DNA of 36,449 nucleotides from a virus (IMGVR_UViG_3300049199_000005:1-36449); one strand, 5' to 3'; counted from the first letter of the stretch, positions 1 to 6,263 are shown. The notes: generated from the letters alone by a model not told the origin. A program made the numbers and translations.

Positions 1-135
1 GCGATGCTCTACATTTAAACTGTTTCATTCTGCAATTCTTTTAGTTGTTCGTTAGTTAAATCGTACTTTTCAATAATAGCTTGTAATGTCGCTTTTTTAT
101 CTTGAATAGCTTTTTTTGCGCCTGCCAAATCTTTT
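1..135. repeat. Terminal direct repeat / circular assembly overlap (copy 1)
   Basis: GCGATGCTCTACATTTAAAC... at 1 recurs at 36315; only a few mismatches, all near the end of the last copy. Confidence 0.95.
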
Positions 136-533
136 AACTCGATTAAAGGCAATGCTTCAATAGTCATTGGAGTACGTTTGTTTTTTGCTGTTGTAACCAA
201 TACACGCGTTGCAGTTGGTATGTGTGAAGCGTGACTAATTCTAATTCCGCCTATCTCAACACCCGCCCATTTTACGCTATCGTCACGAAAAATGGTTAAA
301 CGTCTATTGATGTATTGCAAACCATCAGCACCCCACAACTGAACTAATATCCTACGGACTGATTTACAAGGTTTAAACGGCTTGTTATTGTCGCCGTAGA
401 AATAAATACAAACGGGTTGAGTTTCATCAGCCCCTGCTTTAATATCACGTATTTTTATAGTCTTTGATCCTGCAATTAAATCATCTGCATTTAATTGGTC
501 TGATTTTGGTATTATTGTTTTTGATAAATCCAT
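15..533 (-). CDS. Phage recombination-module protein (possible ssDNA-annealing/binding protein)
   Basis: MDLSKTIIPKSDQLNADDL family-like N-terminus; directly upstream of exonuclease and SSB-like genes on the circle. Confidence 0.55.
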   Translation of the reverse strand: MDLSKTIIPKSDQLNADDLIAGSKTIKIRDIKAGADETQPVCIYFYGDNNKPFKPCKSVRRILVQLWGADGLQYINRRLTIFRDDSVKWAGVEIGGIRISHASHIPTATRVLVTTAKNKRTPMTIEALPLIELKDLAGAKKAIQDKKATLQAIIEKYDLTNEQLKELQNETV

Positions 534-538
534 AATTT

Positions 539-790
539 CTAACTAATTAATTTTAATATTTCTTTTGCCATTCCTACTAATCCACTATCTACACTTTCAA
601 GAGCATAGATTAAATCTTTTTGTTTCTGTACTGCTTTGCTTTGCATTTCCTCAAACACATCAACGTCTCCGCTTTCGAATGCTTCAGTAATATTGCTTAT
701 TACCTCTACTTCTTCAGCTTCTACTTCAATTTCGTTTGCAGGGTGCATTGAGTTGTAAACTCCTAAATAATCGTCCTCGTAATTTGGCAT
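539..790 (-). CDS. Hypothetical acidic protein
   Basis: 83 aa ORF, first gene after the leftward promoter. Confidence 0.7.
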   Translation of the reverse strand: MPNYEDDYLGVYNSMHPANEIEVEAEEVEVISNITEAFESGDVDVFEEMQSKAVQKQKDLIYALESVDSGLVGMAKEILKLIS

Positions 791-814
791 AATAATTTAT
801 TTTAATGATTAATA

Positions 815-851
815 TTTTTGACAAAGATACATTTGTTTTTGACAAATCAAA
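815..851 (-). promoter_or_regulatory. Leftward Bacteroidota-type promoter with two TTTTTGACAAA repeats (possible operators)
   Basis: TATCTTTG (-7 element) on minus strand at 822-829 and TTTG about 18 nt upstream; TTTTTGACAAA at 815-825 and 836-846. Confidence 0.6.
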
Positions 852-893
852 GTTAAAATTATGTTAAAACGGAAAAGTAATGTATAAAAGTAC

Positions 894-901
894 TATCTTT
901 G
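894..901 (+). promoter_or_regulatory. Rightward Bacteroidota -7 promoter element
   Basis: TATCTTTG matches TAnnTTTG just before the plus-strand operon; no clear -33 element. Confidence 0.55.
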
Positions 902-1222
902 AAAAAAATAAATGATATGAAAACAGAATTTAAAGGAACAAAAGGTGATTGGGTAATAGGTAAAGATATACCTAATGGATTAGATGAATTAAAAGGAAAT
1001 ATTCAGATATTAAGTAGTTGTAGTTTGAAATGGGATATTGCTTGTGTTTTTACAGATGTTAATTTTAACAAAAATGATAAAATAGCAGAATCCAACGCAA
1101 AACTAATTTCGTGCGCTCCTGAAATGTTACAATTGTTAGAATACTTTTTAGAGCAAAATATGTTATCAGTAGCGGGTGAGGAATTAGCAGAACAATTAAT
1201 AATTAAAGCTACAACGATATGA
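899..1222 (+). CDS. Hypothetical phage protein (true start probably ATG at about 917)
   Basis: FKGTKGDW...NAKLISCAPEML resembles a common small phage protein family. Confidence 0.75.
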   Translation: MKKINDMKTEFKGTKGDWVIGKDIPNGLDELKGNIQILSSCSLKWDIACVFTDVNFNKNDKIAESNAKLISCAPEMLQLLEYFLEQNMLSVAGEELAEQLIIKATTI

Positions 1223-1347
1223 TTAGACCATTATTATTAATACTTACAATTATGGTTGTGGTATTTCAAGACAAAATATCAATCTGTATGTGGTTGGTTG
1301 GATTGGTAGGTTATTTAAGTTACGAATTTAAAAATGAAAAATTATGA
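1219..1347 (+). CDS. Small hydrophobic/membrane protein (42 aa)
   Basis: Read by hand: MIRPLLLILTIMVVVFQDKISICMWLVGLVGYL...; ATGA overlaps at both ends. Confidence 0.55.
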   Translation: MIRPLLLILTIMVVVFQDKISICMWLVGLVGYLSYEFKNEKL

Positions 1348-1454
1348 AAGAAGTTCAAAAATTCCATGAATGGATGGTAAAAATGGGTAATAAATACCTA
1401 TACGATAATGAAAGAATGTGTAACGCTTACGAAAAAGTAAGGCAAAATAATTAG
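1344..1454 (+). CDS. Small hypothetical protein (36 aa)
   Basis: Read by hand: MKEVQKFHEWMVKMGNKY...; translationally coupled. Confidence 0.5.
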   Translation: MKEVQKFHEWMVKMGNKYLYDNERMCNAYEKVRQNN

Positions 1455-1456
1455 AA

Positions 1457-1702
1457 ATGATAAAACAACAAATTTTAAAACTATTAGAGGGTAGAGATCA
1501 TCCAGTTTTAGTTTCAAGGCAAGTTTTAAACACTTGGAAGTCGCCAAAAACAAATCCTAATCTTAAAACCGTAGAAAAGATTATTAAAGAGAATGATTTT
1601 GAGGTTTTTATAAGCGACGGAAATTTAAACGATTTAATTGCTTTCAATAAAAGATTTGCCGAAAAGCACGGGTATAAAATGAATTTAGTTTTTGAGGTTT
1701 AA
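1457..1702 (+). CDS. Cro/XRE-like HTH protein
   Basis: VSRQVLNTWKSPKTNPNLKTVEKI resembles an XRE recognition helix; the stop TAA is part of the first TAAC box of the array. Confidence 0.6.
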   Translation: MIKQQILKLLEGRDHPVLVSRQVLNTWKSPKTNPNLKTVEKIIKENDFEVFISDGNLNDLIAFNKRFAEKHGYKMNLVFEV

Positions 1703-1815
1703 CGTATCGACGCTTCGCTTAGTGCGGGGCAACTGAAAAGAGTATTTTCCACCAAAATAAAACGAACATGAAAAAAAGTATAAAAGAAAATCCCGCATTA
1801 AGCGAAACGGCTTTT
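1701..1815. repeat. attC-like hairpin 0 (right box degenerate, TTT instead of GTT)
   Basis: AAC 1701; stem CGCTTCGCTTAGTGCGGG 1711-1728 / CCCGCATTAAGCGAAACG 1792-1809. Confidence 0.8.
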
Positions 1816-2028
1816 AGCAGTAGTGTTTCAATAGAAAACAACTTAACAGGCGTAGAGTTATTCTATAGAAGTCAAATAACTAATTGTTACACAAAATTCA
1901 AGGTTAAAGAAGTTATTTTAGTTACGGAAATAATTTCAAATTCAGTTTGTTTTTCGGTAGAACTAATTTCTGAAAATAATAATAAATATACTTACGAAGA
2001 AGATTTCATTTTCTCAGTAGTTACTTAA
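1768..2028 (+). CDS. Cassette 1 hypothetical protein (starts inside hairpin 0)
   Basis: 86 aa ORF; arms TTTAGCAGTAGTGTT 1813-1827 / AACATTACTGCTAAC 2027-2041. Confidence 0.65.
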   Translation: MKKSIKENPALSETAFSSSVSIENNLTGVELFYRSQITNCYTKFKVKEVILVTEIISNSVCFSVELISENNNKYTYEEDFIFSVVT

Positions 2029-2038
2029 CATTACTGCT

Positions 2039-2163
2039 AACGTTCCGCTAGTACAGCACGCTAGGGATAAGAAAGCGTAGTACTTTCCTATGTTACAAAT
2101 TAAAACAAATACAAAATAATATTAACCAAAAGCCATATGCCCTAGTGAGTTGTACTAGCTGTT
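2039..2163. repeat. attC-like hairpin 1
   Basis: AAC-GTTCC-GCTAGTACAGCACGCTAGGG ... CCCTAGTGAGTTGTACTAGC-T-GTT. Confidence 0.85.
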
Positions 2164-2192
2164 AGGGAATCGGCTTTTTAAAGACGACTATT

Positions 2193-2375
2193 ATGAAAAA
2201 AGAAGATTGGATAGATTATTCAAAAACAAAGCCAACAATAGGGCAAGAAGTTCTAGTTTTTAGAGATATTGAAAGCAGACAAAAATTTGTAACAAAATGG
2301 AGTGAAGAAGATGAAAAGTATGCTGATTGGAATGATATAACTTTTTGGATTCCAATTTTCGACCCTGTTGAGTAA
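2193..2375 (+). CDS. Cassette 2: DUF551-like small phage protein
   Basis: WIDYSKTKP..GQEVLV...ITFWIPI pattern; arms GTTAGGGAATCGGCTT / AAGCTGTTCCCTAAC. Confidence 0.65.
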   Translation: MKKEDWIDYSKTKPTIGQEVLVFRDIESRQKFVTKWSEEDEKYADWNDITFWIPIFDPVE

Positions 2376-2385
2376 GCTGTTCCCT

Positions 2386-2509
2386 AACGTTCCCACGCTT
2401 GGCGAAGAAGCGGACTTGAAAGCACAGACTTTATGTTTTGCACAAACGCCAATATGAAGCACGACTGTTCAATTTAGCACTAAACCCGCTTTTTTGCCAA
2501 ACGTGTGTT
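2386..2509. repeat. attC-like hairpin 2
   Basis: AAC-GTTCC-CACGCTTGGCGAAGAAGCGG ... CCGCTTTTTTGCCAAACGTG-T-GTT. Confidence 0.85.
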
Positions 2510-2554
2510 AGTGGCAGTTTTTTTTACGAATTATAAACTTTAAATAAATATAAA

Positions 2555-2872
2555 ATGTCAAACGCAAAAAAAGAATTAGAGAACTTGCTTGAAGGTAAAG
2601 CGAAAGTTAAATGTTCTAAAATAACTAAAGGTTATCAATATGATGACGAATACCAATGCCCCGAATATGTTTTAAAAATCAACCATTCAGAACAAGAATA
2701 CAATGATTTTTTAAAGTCATTAGATTTTGAATATGATAGTGGTTATGGTGGACAAGAATTATACGGAATTGTATGGTTAGAAGATGGTACTTGGTGTACT
2801 CGTGGCGAATATGATGGTTCTGAATGGTGGGAGCATAATGTTTTACCTACTATCCCTGCGGAGTGTCTGTAA
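2555..2872 (+). CDS. Cassette 3 hypothetical protein
   Basis: 105 aa, YDSGYGGQELYGIVWLEDGTW.TRGEYDGSEWW; arms GTTAGTGGCAGTTTT / AAAATTGCCACTAAC. Confidence 0.8.
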   Translation: MSNAKKELENLLEGKAKVKCSKITKGYQYDDEYQCPEYVLKINHSEQEYNDFLKSLDFEYDSGYGGQELYGIVWLEDGTWCTRGEYDGSEWWEHNVLPTIPAECL

Positions 2873-2882
2873 AATTGCCACT

Positions 2883-2950
2883 AACGCTAAAAATAACCGC
2901 AGTTTGCCTATGCAGTTAGTTGATTCGGCAAATTGTGGTTATTGATTGTT
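2883..2950. repeat. attC-like hairpin 3 (short-loop form, 68 bp)
   Basis: AATAACCGCAGTTTGCC 2892-2908 / GGCAAATTGTGGTTATT 2927-2943. Confidence 0.85.
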
Positions 2951-2987
2951 AGTATCCGTTTTTATCCACTAAATTTTAATTACAAAT

Positions 2988-3557
2988 ATGAAAAAATACA
3001 ATATAGTTTATGCAGACCCTGCTTGGAGTTTTGGAGATAAAATAAGAAGCTCAAAAAAGTTAGAAAATGGAAATATGCACTTTAGAGAATTAGAGTTACA
3101 TTATAATACAATGAAAACGCCTGAAATATGTGCCTTACCTGTAAAAGAAATAGTGGCTGATGATGCAGTACTATTTATGTGGACTACTGACGCACATTTA
3201 CCCGATGCTTTGCAAGTTATAGATGCTTGGGGTTTCAAATATAAAACAATAGCTTTTATATGGAATAAAAAAACCAACAAAGGAAATCAAGTTTGTTTTA
3301 TGGGTAAATGGACTATGAAAGGGAGTGAAATATGTTTACTTGCTACAAAAGGAAAAGCACACGGGTTAATTAAAAGTCACAAGGTAAGGCAACTTGTAGA
3401 AGCCGAAAGAGATATACATAGCCGAAAACCTGACGAAGTTAGAAATCGAATTGTAGAGTTATTAGGCGACTTGCCAAAAGTTGAATTGTTTTGCCGAACA
3501 CCTAAAGATGGTTGGGATGTTTGGGGAAATGAAGTCGTTAGCGATGTCGTTCTTTAA
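2988..3557 (+). CDS. Cassette 4: MT-A70 family adenine methyltransferase
   Basis: YNIVYADPAW, LFMWTT, WGFKYKT, HSRKP, ELF motifs; arms GTTAGTATCCGTTTT / AAAATGGCTACTAAC. Confidence 0.9.
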   Translation: MKKYNIVYADPAWSFGDKIRSSKKLENGNMHFRELELHYNTMKTPEICALPVKEIVADDAVLFMWTTDAHLPDALQVIDAWGFKYKTIAFIWNKKTNKGNQVCFMGKWTMKGSEICLLATKGKAHGLIKSHKVRQLVEAERDIHSRKPDEVRNRIVELLGDLPKVELFCRTPKDGWDVWGNEVVSDVVL

Positions 3558-3567
3558 AATGGCTACT

Positions 3568-3674
3568 AACGCTATATCGCTTTGCAAGGTAGCCGATAAG
3601 ATACTTAAGTACTGAAAATATAATAAGCGAGTATTTTCCACAGAGCATTGAGGCTATCATGCAAAGCGATTGTT
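3568..3674. repeat. attC-like hairpin 4
   Basis: AAC-GCTAT-ATCGCTTTGCAAGGTAGCC ... GGCTATCATGCAAAGCGAT-T-GTT. Confidence 0.85.
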
Positions 3675-3713
3675 ACCTGCTGTTTATTTTTTTTAATATT
3701 TTTTATAAAACGC

Positions 3714-3743
3714 TTGTTTATGTAAATATTAGTTGTATCTTTA
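3714..3743 (+). promoter_or_regulatory. Internal Bacteroidota-type promoter of cassette 5
   Basis: TTG-N19-TATCTTTA, close to the -33/-7 consensus. Confidence 0.55.
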
Positions 3744-3770
3744 CATCATAGAAATAAACAAATAGAAATT

Positions 3771-3920
3771 ATGAAAGCTAAAAAAATAACAATCGAAATA
3801 GGATTTGAAAACGAATTAGTATTTGTTACTTTTAAAAATGAAGACGTTTATAAAGCAATTAAAAAAGTAGAAAAAGAATATAAAGGTTCTATTATATATG
3901 ATGTAAAAACAGAATATTAA
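3771..3920 (+). CDS. Cassette 5 ORF A (49 aa), hypothetical
   Basis: Read by hand: MKAKKITIEIGFENELVFVTF...; A-rich leader. Confidence 0.6.
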   Translation: MKAKKITIEIGFENELVFVTFKNEDVYKAIKKVEKEYKGSIIYDVKTEY

Positions 3921-4024
3921 CTAAATCCAAGGTGCGACTGTAACGCACTATTTTATATGGAAGATATTTTAGAATCATCAAATAAATATGATATTTTGGA
4001 TTGTATGAATTTTGAATGTTAATT

Positions 4025-4195
4025 ATGCAAAGAAAAAATATAATAATATTGATCCAACCCCTTAGCGAACCAATTGCAAGGGGTAATTTTAAAAAGTTAT
4101 GTGATGAATTTAATTTACCTTACCATAGCTTAAAAATGTTAAAATTTCCAATTACCTACAAAGATTCGATTATTTACAAAGTCGAGTTTAAATAG
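4025..4195 (+). CDS. Cassette 5 ORF B (56 aa), possible small DNA-binding protein
   Basis: Read by hand: MQRKNIIILIQ...GNFKKLCDEFNLPYHSLK...; stop lies in arm TAAATAGCAGGTAAC, which pairs with GTTACCTGCTGTTTA. Confidence 0.6.
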   Translation: MQRKNIIILIQPLSEPIARGNFKKLCDEFNLPYHSLKMLKFPITYKDSIIYKVEFK

Positions 4196-4200
4196 CAGGT

Positions 4201-4324
4201 AACGTTGAGCATAACGCTAGTTACGGACTAAATAAGCCGAAACATTCAGATTAAAAACCGTATCACTGATACAAACTAAAATATAAATTAAAGACCGATG
4301 CCGTAATTAGTGTTATGCATTGTT
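4201..4324. repeat. attC-like hairpin 5
   Basis: GCATAACGCTAGTTACGG 4209-4226 / CCGTAATTAGTGTTATGC 4301-4318. Confidence 0.85.
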
Positions 4325-4353
4325 AGCGGTTCGGTTTTATAAAACTAAACAAG

Positions 4354-4554
4354 ATGGACAAAGAACACAAAATGAATTGTAATAAATGCGGTCAAGAATT
4401 TGATATGAGAGATTTAAGTCAGGTTTTCGCTCACGAACCCTGTGATGGAGAATGGGTTGATTACTCTAAATTAGAAAAAATAAATAAAACTGCTCAAGAA
4501 ATAGGCAGTCCAATTCTTCACGTGATTGGTAAAGGCGAGGTTTCTTTAAACTGA
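4354..4554 (+). CDS. Cassette 6: small CxxC-containing protein
   Basis: CNKC...HEPC possible Zn site; arms GTTAGCGGTTCGGTTT / AAACTGACCGCTAAC. Confidence 0.7.
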   Translation: MDKEHKMNCNKCGQEFDMRDLSQVFAHEPCDGEWVDYSKLEKINKTAQEIGSPILHVIGKGEVSLN

Positions 4555-4559
4555 CCGCT

Positions 4560-4687
4560 AACGTTATCTCGCTTTGTGACTGTTACGGCACTAAGCGAAC
4601 TGTAATTTTTCGGCTACCGAAAAACGTGAACGTAACAACAAAACTTAATATTAAATAAAATTGCCGTAATAGCGCAAAACGAGTGTT
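4560..4687. repeat. attC-like hairpin 6
   Basis: AAC-GTTAT-CTCGCTTTGTGACTGTTACGGCA ... TGCCGTAATAGCGCAAAACGAG-T-GTT. Confidence 0.85.
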
Positions 4688-4714
4688 AGTGGCATACCAC
4701 GTAAAACTTTTAAA

Positions 4715-5041
4715 ATGAAAAGACAAAGCTTAGGATGTATTTCTCATGCATCAAAAACAAATAAATATCAGGCAGTTTTTCACGATATTCTAATTAATAA
4801 GCCTAAACATTTAGGTTTTTATAATTCTAAGTTAGAAGCACAAGAAAAAATTGATTCCTACATATTTGATTACTACTCGATTAATAAATTTCTTTTGCCC
4901 AAGGGAATTTGTTTTGATTCAAAAAGCAGAACATTTATCTATAGAATATCTATCAAAGAAAAAAGGCATAGAGTGTTTTATTCTAAAAATTTAAAAGAGG
5001 TTATTGAGTTTCGATTAAATTTTATAAGAAATCTAATTTAA
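4715..5041 (+). CDS. Cassette 7: AP2-like DNA-binding domain protein
   Basis: KYQAVF...KHLGFYNSKLEA and LPKGI...FIYRISI resemble tandem AP2-like domains. Confidence 0.55.
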   Translation: MKRQSLGCISHASKTNKYQAVFHDILINKPKHLGFYNSKLEAQEKIDSYIFDYYSINKFLLPKGICFDSKSRTFIYRISIKEKRHRVFYSKNLKEVIEFRLNFIRNLI

Positions 5042-5072
5042 TTATATATCCTTATTCTAGGCGGTTGACACT

Positions 5073-5195
5073 AACGTATCGGTGCTATACGATGTGGCGG
5101 CTTTTCAGCAGAAATCCCAATACGAAGCACCAAAGTTGAATTAAGTAAAATGTTTAATCGAAGCACGTCAGCCGCCATATTGTATAGCACTTGTT
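5073..5195. repeat. attC-like hairpin 7
   Basis: GTGCTATACGATGTGGCGGCT 5082-5102 / AGCCGCCATATTGTATAGCAC 5170-5190. Confidence 0.85.
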
Positions 5196-5227
5196 AGCGG
5201 CTGCCATTCTTCACAAAGAAAAATAAA

Positions 5228-5515
5228 ATGGACAAAATAAACATCCTTAACAAAGTTGGCTTACTTACAGCCGAAGACAGAAAAGCACCTTTACAACACG
5301 GTTGCGATTACTTCACATTTGAAACTTGCTTGGATTTGTCAGAGCCAATAAAGGTTATACCTTACGGAGACCCAACTGAAGTAAGCTTGCAAATTTATTC
5401 AAGAGATATAGCAAGTTTCATTTGCTGGTGGACACATTTTGTCAAAAAAGATTTGAATGGTTTTAGCGGATTTTCTCACGTCAAATTTGAGCCTGTTGGG
5501 TTCGTGGTCGTTTAG
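5228..5515 (+). CDS. Cassette 8 hypothetical protein
   Basis: 95 aa ORF; arms GTTAGCGGCTGCC / GGTTGCCGCTAAC. Confidence 0.7.
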   Translation: MDKINILNKVGLLTAEDRKAPLQHGCDYFTFETCLDLSEPIKVIPYGDPTEVSLQIYSRDIASFICWWTHFVKKDLNGFSGFSHVKFEPVGFVVV

Positions 5516-5547
5516 GGTTGCCGCTAACTATTGGCTAACACTTATAA

Positions 5548-5742
5548 ATGTATTACACTATGGCTAAAATACTTGTAAAAACAAAAGTTATACGTATAAC
5601 TCAGACACAATACGATACTCTAAAAAAGATGCAAAGTTATAATATTGATGTAGGTAATTTTATAAGAGTTGCAATAGCTGAAAAAATAAAAAGGGATCAT
5701 AAAGATTTGATCCCTAAACCAAAATCAAAAACTCCATTTTAA
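5548..5742 (+). CDS. Ribbon-helix-helix-like DNA-binding protein (start possibly 5560)
   Basis: KTKVIRIT strand followed by two helices (QTQYDTLKKM; VGNFIRVAIAEKI). Confidence 0.55.
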   Translation: MYYTMAKILVKTKVIRITQTQYDTLKKMQSYNIDVGNFIRVAIAEKIKRDHKDLIPKPKSKTPF

Positions 5743-5744
5743 TT

Positions 5745-6263
5745 ATGAAAAAATTATTATTCGCATTATTAGCAACCGCTACAATGCAAGCGCAAAACGT
5801 TTATTTTTCTACGGGTGTAGATTTTAAAAACGCAATTACAGGTTCAGCAGCCACAAACAACAAACCAAGCTACAACGGTATTTATAGTTTTGGTATGTTA
5901 GATTCAAAAGGATTCGAAGTATCAATAACCTACGAGCAATTTAAAAGGCTTGATTTTAACCGATTTTCTTTTGGTGTTGGTAAGTCAATAGCTATCACAA
6001 AAGATATTGCCTTAATTCCAACGCTAGAGCCTACAGTAATCAATCGCAGTGATGATTGGGGTGGTGGATTAGGTTACAAAGATAATCCTAGTAGTCATTT
6101 AACTTTAGGCGTTAGTTTGCCTATTAGATACGATTTAAATGATACCTTTGCAGTTGAATTGTATTCTAATTATATGTACCGAACTGATATAGTCGCAAAA
6201 TACGGAACAGACGGAAATCGTTTTAGTTTCTTTGGAAAATTAATTTATAAAATAAATTTATGA
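5745..6263 (+). CDS. Putative outer-membrane beta-barrel protein
   Basis: Signal peptide MKKLLFALLATATMQA-Q; amphipathic strands with aromatic residues. Confidence 0.6.
   Translation: MKKLLFALLATATMQAQNVYFSTGVDFKNAITGSAATNNKPSYNGIYSFGMLDSKGFEVSITYEQFKRLDFNRFSFGVGKSIAITKDIALIPTLEPTVINRSDDWGGGLGYKDNPSSHLTLGVSLPIRYDLNDTFAVELYSNYMYRTDIVAKYGTDGNRFSFFGKLIYKINL

Larger units (their letters stand above)
1700..5528 (+). mobile_element. Integron-like gene cassette array (8 cassettes, 8 attC-like hairpins, no integrase)
   Basis: Regular alternation of TAACG-hairpin-GTTA sites and genes; cassette-specific inverted arms. Confidence 0.85.

Noticed and set aside
1-135. True physical terminal repeat of the virion DNA
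   Set aside because: It cannot be told apart from assembly overlap, and it cuts through coding sequence
2253-2462. Minus-strand 69 aa ORF
   Set aside because: Shadow ORF antisense to cassette 2 and hairpin 2
1700-5528. CRISPR array or simple terminators as an explanation of the repeats
   Set aside because: The repeats are not identical, the intervening units are whole genes, and the stems have long loops without an adjacent U-tract. RNase III-type processing sites remain possible but would not explain cassette-specific arms.
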